Source: Hemiscyllium ocellatum (taxonomy: Eukaryota). From it: a stretch of DNA of 64,000 nucleotides. The number at the start of each line of letters is the position of its first letter. Position 1 is the first letter of the stretch. The notes under the pieces are model-generated. The model was not told where the DNA came from. It worked only from the letters and a program-made list of their open reading frames with translations, and ran no database searches. Location: contig NC_083433.1 of NCBI RefSeq assembly GCF_020745735.1, positions 2,987,363 through 3,051,362 of the forward strand, read 5' to 3'. The position numbers were made by a program, and so were the translations under genes. Positions 38,261 through 51,160 of the stretch are shown here, piece after piece.

Positions 38261-39699
38261 GAGCATTCCCAAATACAGTACAAACCCGGGGAAGATGCAC
38301 AGGCAGGAAATGCAAGAGGGCAATCCTTGTGCACAAATAAAAATATTAATTGCAGTTTGTTTCCACCTTAAATTTAAAGTGTAATGAATTGTCACCTAAT
38401 CTTTAAAATATGACTGTGCACATTAATTAATCCATTCTTAAAACCGTGATGTTCGTGTGCGAGTTAATCTTTAATATTAACTTTCTGCATAATCAAATTA
38501 TTTGATTAACTTATTTTTTAAAAAAGTTTTCACTGTTTTTGTATTAATTTTATTAAATAATATATTTTTACGATATTAATGTTCATGTTGATGCAAATGC
38601 AGTAACATTATTATCTATTAAATCTAGCAAGTATATTAAATGCCTATTAAATAATCTTTCAAATATATTTTAAAAGTACCAACTGCGTGAAATCGTCTCA
38701 CAAATAACCATAGGAAATACTAGTGCTCACACTATCCTTGCAAACTTAGTGAAAATATTAATTTGGAAAACAACTAATCTTGCAGACACATTAAGATGCA
38801 ACTCTCCATCAAATAATTGTTTAAATGTATTTCAAAATTATTACGCAATCTGAATAATCTTGTAAATAGAATTGAAAGTATATAATGATCATGTCTAATC
38901 TTGTAACTGTATTAATTTGAATACAAAGTCATAGACTAAGTATTGAAACAAAACTACTAAATACTTCAAACATATTTTGATAATAACATTCAAAAATCAC
39001 ATATATCAAAGAGCTTCTTGTTACACTCTAGATTGTTACAGATTTCATATATTTAAAATAAAATTATGCATTACAAGTAATTTTGTAACCATATTTAAGG
39101 TATAATTAATGAATTACGTAATATAATGCTAAAAGGATAGTTTGTTTTAACTCTAACCATCAGATATATTGAGAACTGTAAGAGGTTATTAATATATTAC
39201 ATGAGTGATGGGCAGAGAGAGAAAAATTGTCACAATTTGTCATTACATAAGCCCTCAAATGATCTTTCTTTTACTTTCTCTCACAAACCTGGGGGCATGA
39301 TCCCCAAATATTGCATTGCGTGAGCCCTAACTGACATTCTTACTCTGTCAGATTGTTGAATAGCTGCCTCTGCACATTAGTCGCTTTGTAGGTTCAATCC
39401 CTGATCTGCTAAAAATTGACCAGTGTGGCTCAGTTATTGAGCCCTGGGTTCAACATGAAGATGATTAGTCAGCATCATTTCTGGAAGCACGTGTGCGTTG
39501 TGAACGTGACGGCGATGGCAGGTTCAGGTTCTCAACCTGATGCCTGCTAAATTTAGACAGCTGCCAATTTTCAGTCAATTGGGGCTAAATAATGGAACAT
39601 TAAACCAAAGCCATTTGAGGCCTTGCAGCTGAGAGATGGCATGTCCATTATTGCAGAGTTTCCTCAATCCCAAAACAGGTGAGACATGAGACTTAAACA

Positions 39700-39833
39700 T
39701 CCATTCCTGATGAAGGGCTTATGCCCGAAACGTCAAGACTTCTGCTCCTCGGATGCTGCCTGACCTGCTGTGCTTTTCCAGCACCACACTCTCGACTCTG
39801 ACTCTGCCGGATCTGCAGTCCTCACTTCCTCCT
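39700..39833 (+). mobile_element. short Penelope-terminal insertion with minimal hammerhead motif
   Basis: CTGATGA(39707-13)A GGGC TTAT GCCC GAAA C GTC; perfect 14-bp TSD ATGAGACTTAAACA at 39686-39699 / 39834-39847. Confidence 0.85.
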
Positions 39834-39946
39834 ATGAGACTTAAACAGTAAGCTTTTCCTTGTAAATGGATTATTCACAGAAGGCCGCATTACGAAGCAT
39901 TATTGTCCTAACCCTGTGTCCAATGATCTTTCTTTTTTTTGCCAGT

Positions 39947-40390
39947 CTGTTTGAGCATGTTACTGCACATCTCTGGAACAAGTGAGATTTGAACCCAGGC
40001 CTCCTGGCTCTGAGGTAAGGACATTGCCACTGCACCACAAAAGACCCATGGGCATTCTTTTATCTACTAATCAATCTGTTCGGGGATAGTCTTACACACC
40101 TCTGGAGTAAATGGGGACTTGACAGGGACTTTCTGGCCTAGAGTTAGGGACATTACCACTGCAGCACAAGAACCCTTGGGCTAGCTTAAATTTTTAAAAA
40201 TTAAACCAAGTTTTCTAATCACCCCATTCAGGGATGTTATTGCACACCTTTCAGAGCAACTGGGATTTGAATCTGGGCCTCTTGGCTCAGAGGCAGGGGC
40301 ACTACCACTACACCGCAAGAACCCCTGGGGTCTCCTTTATTTTCTTTTCTAATTAACCTGTTCAGAGATATTATGACACACCTCAGGAGT
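39947..40390 (-). repeat. tandem array of tRNA-derived (A-box/B-box) units, 3 plus a partial unit
   Basis: Units start at 39947, 40076, about 40225 and 40358; unit 1 reads TGGTGCAGTGG..GGTTCAAATCTC on the minus strand. Confidence 0.7.
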
Positions 40391-41309
40391 GGGGTGGGGG
40401 AGTGCTTTTATACTGTTTGAAGAACTGATAGAAAAAAATTGTACCAAATTATACTCTGCAGAACCAATTTAGCACTTTACAGCCCCTCAAAGGGGCACTG
40501 CGACAAAAGTCAAGTTCTGAAAGGAAATGTATAAAGTTAAATTAAAATTTGGTTGTGTGTGGGGGAGGTGGAAGGGTGGAGGATGGGGAGGAGGTGGTGC
40601 GGGAGTGATGTTACTCCACTCCTGCAGTGCCTACGAATTGCAGTAGACTCTGAGGTTACCAGTGGAGACCGTGTGCTCCTTGTCCAGGGACACCTGGGCA
40701 CAGAGTGGCTTTGGAAGAGAGGCAAGCAATCCCCTCCATAGCTCACACCCTGGACTTGTTAATGGTCTAGGAGTAGGCACACCCTCTGACTTGCCCATCC
40801 CCTTTCCTCTGTGTCCAGGATTTACGGAGGCCCAAGAGGGTGGGGTTGAAGTGCAAACAAAACATCAGAAGCAGCTCCCCACCCCCCTCCTCCATCTCCT
40901 TTGCCCGCCAACAAAATGGAACCTGGAGCCTCCCCCACCCAGTGTAATTGTGAAAAATAGACCCCTCGAGGCAACAGAAAGCTCACGCGGCCTGGGAGTC
41001 CATAAACGTTCTGTTGCCCAACAGTTTTAGGGGATTGCTGTGTTCATTGCCCTCTGCACCACGTCACTAATGGTATTCAGGAGACTTCCCACATGGGAAG
41101 CCCTCGGGACCTGTGGCACCAATCAACAGCAAAGCTGAACACTAAGGTGCATTAGGACAACGGATAAGGCCAAGGGAGAGAGTGTGCACAGCAGCAGCCC
41201 AGACAGACACCCCCTCTGTGGGGCACATGGAGGAAATCTCCATAAAATTGCTCACACAGCCTGGCCTGGGTCTGTGAGACCAAAGTGAAGTTCTGGCCGA
41301 GTGCGGGTT

Positions 41310-42080
41310 ACACTCATCTGGGATTGATGACAATAAAATCATCCCTTAATGGAGGCAAAGACCATAACCAATAATAGACAATCTATTCATAACCCATTTA
41401 CATTCAATGGTGTTCCCCTCAGTGAATCCCCCACTATCAACATCCTGGTGGGGTTACCATTGACCAGAACCTCAAAAGGATTTGCCACATAAACACAGAG
41501 GCTACGAAAGCAGGTCAAGGTTAGGAATCCTGCAGTGAGTAACTCACTTCCTGACTACCAAAACCTCTCCAATATCTACAAAGCACAAGTCAGGAGTTTG
41601 ATGGAATACTCCCCACTTGCCAGGATGAGTGTAGCTCCAACAACACTCAAGAAGCTTGACACCATCCAGGACAAAGCCCTTGATTGGCACCACATCCACA
41701 AACATCCACTCCTTCCACCATTGACACTCAGCAGCAGCAGTATGTACTATCTACAAGATGTACTGCAGAAATTCACCAAAGGTCCTCAGATAGCACCTTC
41801 CAAACCATCTAGAATGGCAGGAACAGCAGATACATGGGAACACCAACTCCCTGCAATCCACTCACCATCCTGGCTTGAAAATAAATCACCATTCCTTCAG
41901 CGTCATTGGGTCAGAATCCTGGAATTCCCTCCCTAAGGGCATTGTGGATCTACCTACAGCTCATGGACTGCAGCGGTTCAAGAAGGCAGCTCACCCCCAC
42001 CTTCTCAGGGGGCAACTAGGGACGGGCGATAAATGCCCGCCCAGCCAGCAACGCCCACATTCCGTGAGAGAGTAAAAGGA
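41310..42080 (+). mobile_element. CR1-group (Zenon-like) LINE 3' fragment
   Basis: IYKAQVRSLMEYSPLARMSVAPTTLKKLDTIQDKA; same family as 10140-15120. Confidence 0.75.
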
Positions 42081-42290
42081 AATCTGAGCCACATCGGGAC
42101 CTGTGATTCCATCAGTGCCCAGTACCCACAGTTGCAAGGCTATGAAGGCTGGGAGCTGGGCAACAGTTGTCTGCTGGTGACATCCAAACCTGCCCCTGAC
42201 CCCGGTTACCCAAACCCTTTCATCTACCAGGCAGCTAAGACCATATTCAATTGATTCTTTCATGGGACGTAGGTGATGTGCTGCATTTTG

Positions 42291-42604
42291 GGCGGCATGT
42301 TGCCTCAGTGGTTAGCACTGCTGCCTCACAGCACCAGGGTCGCAGGTTCAATTCCAGCCTCAAGCAACTCAACTGTCTGTGTGGAGTTTGCATATTCTCC
42401 CTGTGTCTGCGTGGGTTTCCTCAGGGTGTTCAGGTTTCCTTCCACAGTTCAAAGATATACAGGTCAGGTCAATTGGCTGTGCTAAATTGCCCATAGTGTT
42501 AGGTGCATTAGTCAGAGGGAAATGGGTCTGGGTGGGTTACTCTTCGGAGGGTCGGTGTGGACTGGTTGGGCCGAAAGGCCTGTTTCCACACTGTAGGGAA
42601 TCTA
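42291..42604 (+). mobile_element. HE1/V-SINE-type SINE
   Basis: Head CAGTGGTTAGCACTGCTGCCTCACAGC..GGTTCAATTCC and conserved body. Confidence 0.88.
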
Positions 42605-42966
42605 AAAAAAATGTGAGCATTGCTGACAGATTTGTCTCCCATCGTTAATTATCCTCAAGACTGGCTGGGACATTTTGGAGGGCAATTAAGAGTTGACCAC
42701 ATTGCTGCAGGGTCTGGAGTCACACATAATCCGGACCAGGTGAAGATGACAGGTTTCCTTCATTAAAGGGGCATTAGTGAACCAAATGCAGTTTTACAAC
42801 ATCGCCATCAGTGAAACATTAAAACCCAGGTCCATTAGTTCGATTTAAATTCCACCAGCTGCAACCTGGGCCTCTGGATTATTAAACACAGTGACAGTCC
42901 CATTACACAATCAAGCCCCTCTAAAATTGAAAGACGTTTGTTGGAAAACCTTATTAAAGGATAATG

Positions 42967-43173
42967 ATTTTTGAGAAGATTTGTAGCTTAGGTTGATACT
43001 AAGTACGGAAGTTAGCTTGCAGACGTGGAAGGTTTGTTTTCAGATATTTTGTCCTCATACTAAGTAACACCATCAGCATACACCAGCGCTTCACCAGAGA
43101 CTCACTGATGATGTTACTTAAAATGGTGACGAAAAGTCTAAAAGCAACCTTCAAGTTCAGCGAGCTAACATAC
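42967..43173. mobile_element. palindromic Penelope-terminal element, separate family, degenerate hammerhead
   Basis: CTGATGA(43105-11)T GTTAC..GTGAC GAAA A GTC with an inverted copy on the left; flanks ATAATG/ATAATG. Confidence 0.6.
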
Positions 43174-43982
43174 ATAATGGTATCACAGGATATAGACGAA
43201 TGGTGGGTAAATGGGGATGGGACAGATGAGCCAATGTTTAATTTAATAGCAGAACAGATTTAAGAGACTGAATAGTTTCTTGTTGTTTCTCAGCTTGAAG
43301 TCCTTCACAGCCACATATCCTGGTAACACCGTCCCTTTGGCTATGGAGGGTGAGCACTTAGGTTGCGGTAATTAGTATGAACAGTGACAGAGAAAAAGCA
43401 CCTGAGGAGCAGGGGTGAACACTGTAGTTAATTATCAGAAAATCATTCAGCCAGTACAGCTAATCTAGACATCAATGGTCTTCAAATTGCCCCAAAGGGA
43501 TGGAGATATTTTCATCTTTCAGTGTCAAACTGAACTATCAGGATAAACTGAAATAGATATGAACTGACTGGTTTGATATTGAGCTCTGATTGAAGTCATC
43601 TCTGAAGCCAGGGCACGGACATAGATATTATCCTTTAACCATCTGCAAAATACACCTTTTTAAAGGGGGGTAGAACTGCCTGTATTATCACATACACTCG
43701 AGTGAGTGCAGTGAAAATGTTTGCAAAGTTGCCTCTCATCATCACCACAGGTACAGGGTACCTGGGTACAGATCCTTCCACCTGAGGTACAGGTTTCAGC
43801 AGCCACTGAGCTGGGGCAGGGATTGGACTCTTTGCTGCTTCATCTAGTTTGATATTTGAAGGCTCTGGGTCGGAGCTGGTCTGAGCACCATTGTCTTATT
43901 GGTGGATGAATCCTTAAATCAGAAAAGGAGAGCTCCCAGCACCGGCAGCCGATGAACAGTGACACATGGTGAATCTAAACTT

Positions 43983-44174
43983 GGAGATAGTGAGGACTGA
44001 AGATACTGGAAGTCAGAGTCGATAAAATGTGGAGCTGGAAAGGCACAGTAGGTCAGGCAACATCAGAGCAGCAGGTGCATTGACCCAAGGATCCTGACCC
44101 GAAATGTCGACTCTCCTGCTCCTCCGATGCTGCCTGACCTGCTGTGCCTTTCCAGCTCCACATTTTATTGACTA
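43983..44174. mobile_element. palindromic Penelope-terminal element
   Basis: About 58-bp inverted arms at 44017-44074 / 44116-44173; TSD TGAAT(C/T)TAAACTT at 43970-43982 / 44175-44187. Confidence 0.8.
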
Positions 44175-44869
44175 TGAATTTAAACTTTATACCTAGAGCC
44201 CTGGAGCACTCAGAAGTAGACAATGAGGCTTGGACACAGCTTTAGCACTGGACAGTCTCTTTAGTGCAGCATTCATAACGTCATCTTGACGATGGAAGTG
44301 TCCCTTTAGTTGTCAATCATTTGTTGCATTTTACTTCAATCCATAACTGATCTGATCAAGTTTCCTCATTAATAAAACAGGAAGCAAGTGAAGGTTAAAA
44401 TGGCCCACAGTGAACAGGGAGCATAGCTCTGCTGGAATATTTCACAGAGAGAGGGTGAAATCTAATTAAAACAATGCGACCTCATAAACCAATATGAAAA
44501 TGAAGATTTCATTATACCAGTGGGAGTTGGACAGTCAGGTGTGTGTGTGTGTGTGTGTGTGTGTCTGTGTGTGTCTGTGTGAAACCTTATCCAGCACTAT
44601 GTCTTTACTAAAATTCGCTTGTTCTCCAACCAACTCCATCTGAAAATGATCACTCTTCCAATATCGCACATCAGCACCCCCTGAGCAGAAGTCCCAAGTG
44701 TTCTGGATCAATATTTATCCCTCAGTCAACATCGCTAAACACTAACAAAAACAGATTGTTTTGGAAATACCAGTCGCTCCAGTAGCATCTGTGGAGAAAG
44801 GAACAGAGTTAACCATAAGACAAAGGGCAGAAACAGGCCATTCAGCCCATCAGGTCCCATGCCCGTCAG

Positions 44870-45240
44870 GTTCTAAAATCATGAGGGGCATGGATATGGT
44901 GAATTGGCAAGGTCTCTTGCCCAGGGTAGAGGAGTCCAAAAGTAGAGGGCATAGGTTTAAGGGAAGAGGGGAAATATTTTAAAGAGACCTAAAGGGCAAA
45001 TGTTTCACGCAGAGGGTGGTGTGTGTATGGAATGAGCTGCCAGAGGAAGTGGTGGAGGCTGGTACAATTACAACATTTAAAAGGCATCTGGATAGGTACA
45101 TGAATAGAAAGGGTTAGAGGGATATGGGCCAAATCCTGGCAAATGGGACTAGATTAATTTAGGATATCTAGTCAGCATGGAAGAGTTGAACCGAAGGGTC
45201 TGTTTCCATGCTGTACAACTCTGTGACTCCAGGACTCTAA
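44870..45240 (+). mobile_element. CR1/HER1 LINE 3' fragment
   Basis: KIMRGMD..SRGHRFK terminal motif and GACTC-type tail. Confidence 0.85.
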
Positions 45241-45836
45241 GTCTGCTCTACTTTCAATGAGAATGTAGCTTATCTGATAATCCTCAACTTCACTTTCCTG
45301 CCTTTTACTCAAACCTTGATTCCCCTTACTGGATAAGGAACTGGTCTCCTAAGCCAAGAATTGTGGGTTTGAGTCCCATTTGGCATGTACCAGCTTGGTT
45401 GAGGTTGGTCTAGCTGAGTTGGCTGGACGGCTGATTTGTAATGCAGAGAGACATCAACAGCGTGACTGGAGTTACCGTGAAGGATTCTTCTTCTCAATCT
45501 CCTCCACTCACCTGAGGTGCAGTGACCCTCAGGTTAAACCACACCAGTCATCTCTCTCTAATGAGAGAGCAGCCCTATAGTCTGGTAAGACTTTACTTTT
45601 ACTTGATTAGAAATCTGTCTATATAACCACCCAGAGTGTACAGCCCCTCTAAGAGAAGAAATTCCTCCTCATCTCTGTTTTCAATGGGTGGCTCCTTATT
45701 CTGAGATGATACCCTCTGGTCTTAGACTCTCAACAATGGAAATCCACCTTCGCCCATCTGCCCTGTCAAAGCCCCCTTAAGAATCATGGATGTTTCAATA
45801 AAGTCCCCTCTCATTCTTGATTGATTGATTGTCATG

Positions 45837-46040
45837 ATGTGGAGGAGCCATTGTTGGACTGGGGTGGACAAAGTTAACAATCACACAACACCAGGTTATA
45901 GTCCAAAAGGTTTATTTGGAGGCACTAGCTTTTGGAGCGCTGCTCCTTCACCAGGTGGTTGTGCTGATTAAGGAGCGGCGCTCCGAAAGCTAGTGATTCC
46001 AAATAAACCTGTTGGACTATAGCCTGGTGTTGTGTGATTT
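45837..46040. mobile_element. palindromic Penelope-terminal element (GGAGC-stem hammerhead family)
   Basis: Arms AATCACACAACACCAGGTTATAGTCCAA / TTGGACTATAGCCTGGTGTTGTGTGATT; TSD ATTGTCATG at 45828-45836 / 46041-46049. Confidence 0.8.
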
Positions 46041-46450
46041 ATTGTCATGTGTACCTAAATACAGTGAAAAGCTTTGTTTGTGAGTGCTACAGGTAGTTCA
46101 TAGTAAGCAAAGATATCCAAATCATAGGGTGACAAAAGAAACTTAGACAGAGGCATGCAGGTTAAATTGCGTAAGGCATGCGCTAGGCAAAATCAACATT
46201 AGCTAGCTCAGCATTATTTGAAATTAGAGAGACCATTCTTCAGTCCAATAACAGCAGTGAAGAAGTTGTTCCTGAACCTGTTGGTGCATGTGTTCAAGCT
46301 TCTATGTCTTTTACCAGATGGCAGAGGTTGTCGGAGAGCATTTCCGAGGTTGGCAGTGTCTTTGATGATGTTGGCAGCCTTTCTGCGGCAATGAGCTGTG
46401 TTATTGGAGTCCATGGTTGGGAGGTTGGCTTCTATAATGGTGTGGGCTGT
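46041..46450 (-). mobile_element. Rex1/Babar-type LINE 3' fragment
   Basis: AHTIIEANLP..KAANIIKD..PLPSGKRHRSLNT..RFRNNFF, similar to 12930-13140. Confidence 0.8.
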
Positions 46451-47615
46451 TCTAAGCTCCGGTGGGTACAGGCCCAACCTACTCAACCTCTCCTCATAAG
46501 GTAGTCCCTCCATACCTCCGATCAGCCTCATTAACCTTCTCGCGAATGTTTACTGTTTCAAAATAAAAATGGCTCTTCTTCAGAACTAAAACATGTCCCA
46601 CTGAAACATCATCCAGTCATTATTGTGTTGTTTTTGTGAGCTTGCTGTGTGCAAATTGGTTGCTGAAATTTCCCAGATGAACATAGTGCCTTTATTTCAA
46701 AATTACTTTAATGATGAAAGGCACTACAGAAATGCAAGATCTTGCTATAATTGTTTTCTAAACGTGTCTTCAGTATCTTCTGGACAATGTTAAGTTTTCA
46801 CAGTTAACAATTAATAAGAAGATCCAGTCAAGGAAATAATTTTTTCCCCAAGATAAGATTTCCATAAACAATCCCCACATTTGTCCATTTCTCTGCTTTA
46901 GTCAATTTCATATTTCCATTTGAAACCACCGCACTGATGACATCATTGGAAGAATTGTCTGGAAGCATTTCGAGAAGCTGTGAGAGTTACAATAAAAATC
47001 TGCAGAACTGACCATTAATCTGCACTGCTTCACCAATTATGTCATTCCAATGGTGTGAATCTTAATTTATGTGTCTTGCTTTATCAGCCTTGATGATTCC
47101 TGAATGCCAGTGCACCCCAGGAAAGGAATAGAGCTGTAATTCAAGAGTGAAATTGCCAAGGTTTCATATTCATCACTTCCCTGGAACTGATTTCAATTCT
47201 TGGCACCACTGGAGCTGTGGGTGGATATATTAGCTTTAGACAGAGTGCAACACCGATATACCAGAGTCATACTGACATTTAGAGGGCTAATGTATGCGGA
47301 CAGTTTGCACAGTGTTGTGTTCTGTGGAGTATAGAAAATTAAGAGGTGATCTAATCAAACTGTTTGCAATAATTAAAAGATGTGATAGGACTGACAGAGA
47401 GGAACTATTCACTGTGGTTGGGAGGAGTCCTCCACCAGAGGACTGACTCTCCTCGTTCAGGGTGATGCCAGGATGTGCATTTTCACAGAAAACGTTCTGA
47501 AATTCCGAGCCCAAAAGTCACTGAGTGTGAGGGTCCATTGGAAATTTCCAAACGTTGATCAGTAGATTTTTGTTTGCTGCACGTATGTATTTAGAATTCG
47601 TGTACCAAGGTGGAG

Positions 47616-47819
47616 GAAGTCACACGATGCCAGGTTATAATCCAACAAATTTATTTGAAATCACAAGCTTTCAGAGCACTGACCCTTCGTCAGGTGAAGT
47701 GCGATGAGGGAGCAGTGCTCCGAAAGCTTGTGATTTCAAATAAACCTGTTGGACTATAACCTGGTGTCATGTAACTTCTGACTTTGTCCACTCCAGCCCA
47801 ACATCAGCACCTCCATGTG
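47616..47819. mobile_element. palindromic Penelope-terminal element (GGAGC-stem family)
   Basis: Inverted arms around GGAGCAGTGCTCCGAAAGCTT; TSD AAGGTGGAG at 47607-47615 / 47820-47828. Confidence 0.75.
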
Positions 47820-49440
47820 AAGGTGGAGAGATAGAGTTGAAGTATGTGACCGGCCATGTTTAACAGAAGGATGGAACAGAGTCAGTGACTGTGCGATCAT
47901 CTCCCTGGTCCTGGCTCAGGGGGCACTGCCTACCATGTTCTTACCATGAACGACTCTTCCTGTTTGATTGCCATCTTGTACATGGTCTCAGGGAGTCCAT
48001 CTACAGCGAGACTCCAACTTCTAAGGAAAGTCTGGTGCTTGTTGTCCTCATCTGACAATGGGCCATGGGGAACGTATAGAAGCCAAAGGCTGAAATTTTC
48101 CATTTGATACCAAAGTGTGGCTTTTAGCATCTGAATTGGGGTCATATTCACCAATGCCCAGAGTGAGTAGGTTCATTCCATTCACATGTTGCTCAGCTCA
48201 TTAGCTATGCAAGCGGGATGTTGCTCAGTTTTTGACAAATCGCAGGTTGTGAGTGACAGGAGGGTCTCCCTGTTGTGGGGAGGTCCTGGGTCAAAGGTTT
48301 TGTCATCAGGGTTAAAGACCAGCTGGATGGCTCTGCAGGCCAGGAATTACAAAGGAGTCCATGGTGCCCACCAAAATACCAACCCATGAAGTCTCGGCTA
48401 GCTTCCGAGTTCACTGACACTGCTCTCACTGAGAGGGCGTCCATCCTGTTCTTTGGAGATGACACCAAGAGGTCTCACATCACACCCGTCCGGACCACAA
48501 GCAGATGGCAGAGTGGGTCAGTGCTGCCAATCCACATAAAAGTGGAACAAGCTTTGTTTTATTCACTCGTGGGAATGGGCGTCGCTGACTGGGCCAGTAT
48601 TTATTGCCCGTCCCTAGTTTCCTGATGAGAAGGCAGGGGTGAGCTACTTTCTGAAACCAATGCAGTCCACGTACTGTAGGTAGACCCAAAATGCCCTTAG
48701 GGAGGGTATTTCCTCCCTAAGGTGCCTCAAGAAGATGAATGGCCTCCTGAACCCTGCAAGGGGATGTGGCATCTTCTTCATGCTCATGGGCATCACTCAG
48801 TCCCAACTCTGCCACTGTGCAGGTATCTTAGAAACAGCCTAGGCCTGCAGTCCCCAGTTTCACACACATGTTGAACACTAGGAGCTCACAGCCATTTCTT
48901 TCCACTCAAAGGGTTAAGCCTCACTGTCAACTGTACTTCCTACACCCTCAGAGGGGATGCCTCAACACCCCACTCAGTTATGTAAGCTCCCAGGGTTCTC
49001 CCACATCACCCACAATCCTCCTCTTTCTCTCATCTCAGGAGAAACCAATGCTCAGTGATGTTGAGAAGGACAAGTCTGGGAGGGGGTGTGACGGCTGCTT
49101 TGGGGCTAGGAGAGTCTTAAATCCTTTGAGGACAGGGCCATCAAGCTGGGAGAGGGACAGAAGACTGGTGCAGGAATTGGTTAGCAATCTGTCCTTCTTG
49201 GTTGAGCACAAAGGCAAACATGTTGTTCTGCATCAGCTCTTCGAAATGGTCACAGATTCACAGAGGTAAAGAATGGTCTGTGAACACCAAAGGCACATGC
49301 AGGCCTCAGCCTGAGCTCCTGGGTGCCAGAACCCTCTCAAGGGAGGAGGTCTGTCAGAGCTTGCAGGCGCGAGGTATTCACTTTGGCCAGAATGGAGACT
49401 GTCACATCAGCAGTGGGGGTTAGGGAGGGAATTGAACCCG

Positions 49441-49796
49441 AACCTTAATCCTCACCACAACTCTAACCATCACCTTGACCCTAACCTAACTCTTTCCCTA
49501 ACCCTAATCCTAACGCAACTCTAACCCTAATCCTCACCCTAACCCTAACTCGAATCCTAACCCTAACCCTAACAATCACCTAACCTTCACCCTAATCCTA
49601 AGCCTAACTTTAACTCAACCCTAACTCTAACCCTTACCCTGACTCTCACCCACAGCCTAACCCTCAACCTAATCCTAACCCTCATCCTCACCCTATCCCT
49701 AAATCTAACCCTCACCTAACCCTACCCTGACCCTAAACCCTAATCCTAACCTTAACTCTAACCTTGACCCTAAACCCTAACCCTGACCCTAACCCT
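49441..49796. repeat. degenerate interstitial telomere-like (CCCTAA)n array
   Basis: Hexamer periodicity with CCCTAA, CTCTAA, CCCTCA and CCCTGA variants. Confidence 0.85.
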
Positions 49797-50978
49797 TTCC
49801 TATGGTAGATACTTGGATATAGATTGGATTTGGGTCACAATTTGAGGAGCATGTCACTGACTTGTGTTGCTCTAGGATGAAACACCAAAGATCTCTGACC
49901 CTCAGGGGTTTGCCAGAGACCAGCTCAGGCCCATTGCAGAAGTGTGGCTCCATCCTCAGCTGTCAACAATGTAGTGAAGTTGCGGAGACAAGTGCAGCAA
50001 CATCAGACATTCAGTAACCCGGACTGAAAGATGGAGTTCTCCCTCCTGTGGTGGCACCAATGTGCTGCCTCTATGGAGAGGGGCAGTGGCTTCCTTAGAG
50101 ACCCAAATCCAGGAGAACAGTCAGTGGTCACCAGACCGGCCTACACTCTCTCACTGAGCCTCATTGACAAGATGGCACCAGCTGAGGCATCTCTACCTCA
50201 CTCCAGGTGCCCCTTCTTCTGAGAAATACAAATTGCCGTTGGCGAGGAAGAGCCTTTTCCCAGGTCGCTCCAGAAGAGCCCTGTCCTGCTGCCATTGTCT
50301 CCAGCAGCTGAGGCCGAGAATGCACCTGAGCCTGTACTGGAGACCGTCAGCTGGGTGGACCACCCTTCCCCTCCCAAAAGGAGATGCTGTCCCAAGGGTG
50401 AACTGTCAGCAGACTCCCTCCACCGCAGCCACTGATGTTGAATTGAATTGAATGAGCTTTATTGTCAGAGTTAGCTTTATTGTCAGTCCTGCACCTAGAC
50501 AAAACAAGAGGGAAAGGGGAGAGAAACGCTCCTGAGGACACATTGGTGACAGGAGTGTTCAATTATTGTTCAATTTGCAAATACACATCCCACTGACCTG
50601 TCCTAATGTCTGTTGTAGTCTTCTTATCACAGTAGGACAGAAGGAGATTCTGCAAAGTGAAAGTTTTGGAGGATTCTCAACCAATCAAAGCATGCAAGGC
50701 ATTTCAATCTCACACTGTGAAACCTCTCCCATCAGCAGCAGAGTGGGTGACCAGAAATGGCTTCACTGTCAGGAAGACATACATTGAGATGTTGCGATCA
50801 CACTTAAGGCACAACAGCTGAATCTCGAGGAGAGTGATGGCCAAGGATGCCATCGACAGACTCCAGTAAACCCCTGCATTATATATGAAGACTTGGCATC
50901 ACTATTTTCTACAGCCATGCCTCACCCAGACTCGAGGCCAAAGAGCAATGTTGACCGGTACACACTCGGTTAATGCAA

Positions 50979-51160
50979 AGTTAAAAATCACTCAACACCA
51001 GGTTACAGTCCAACAGGTGTATTTGGAATCATTTGCTTTCAGATCGCAGCTTCGAACCACCTGGTGAAGGAGCAGCACTCCAAAAGCTAGTGTTTCCAAA
51101 TAAACCTGTTGGACAATAACCTGATGTTGTGTGATTTTTAATTTGGCTCCTCCAAATCTT
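50979..51160. mobile_element. palindromic Penelope-terminal element (GGAGC-stem family)
   Basis: Inverted arms; perfect TSD GGTTAATGCAA at 50968-50978 / 51161-51171. Confidence 0.8.

Noticed and set aside
39947-40390. Functional tRNA genes or a CRISPR-like array
   Set aside because: Units are diverged, lack a clean cloverleaf and have no constant repeat with unique spacers; the context is eukaryotic
49417-49450. Head-to-head telomere fusion site
   Set aside because: Only one TTAGGG unit faces the CCCTAA array, which is too little evidence
47930-50430. Protein-coding gene between SYNGR1 and RPL3
   Set aside because: Only short broken ORFs that look like decayed LINE sequence; too eroded to assign with confidence
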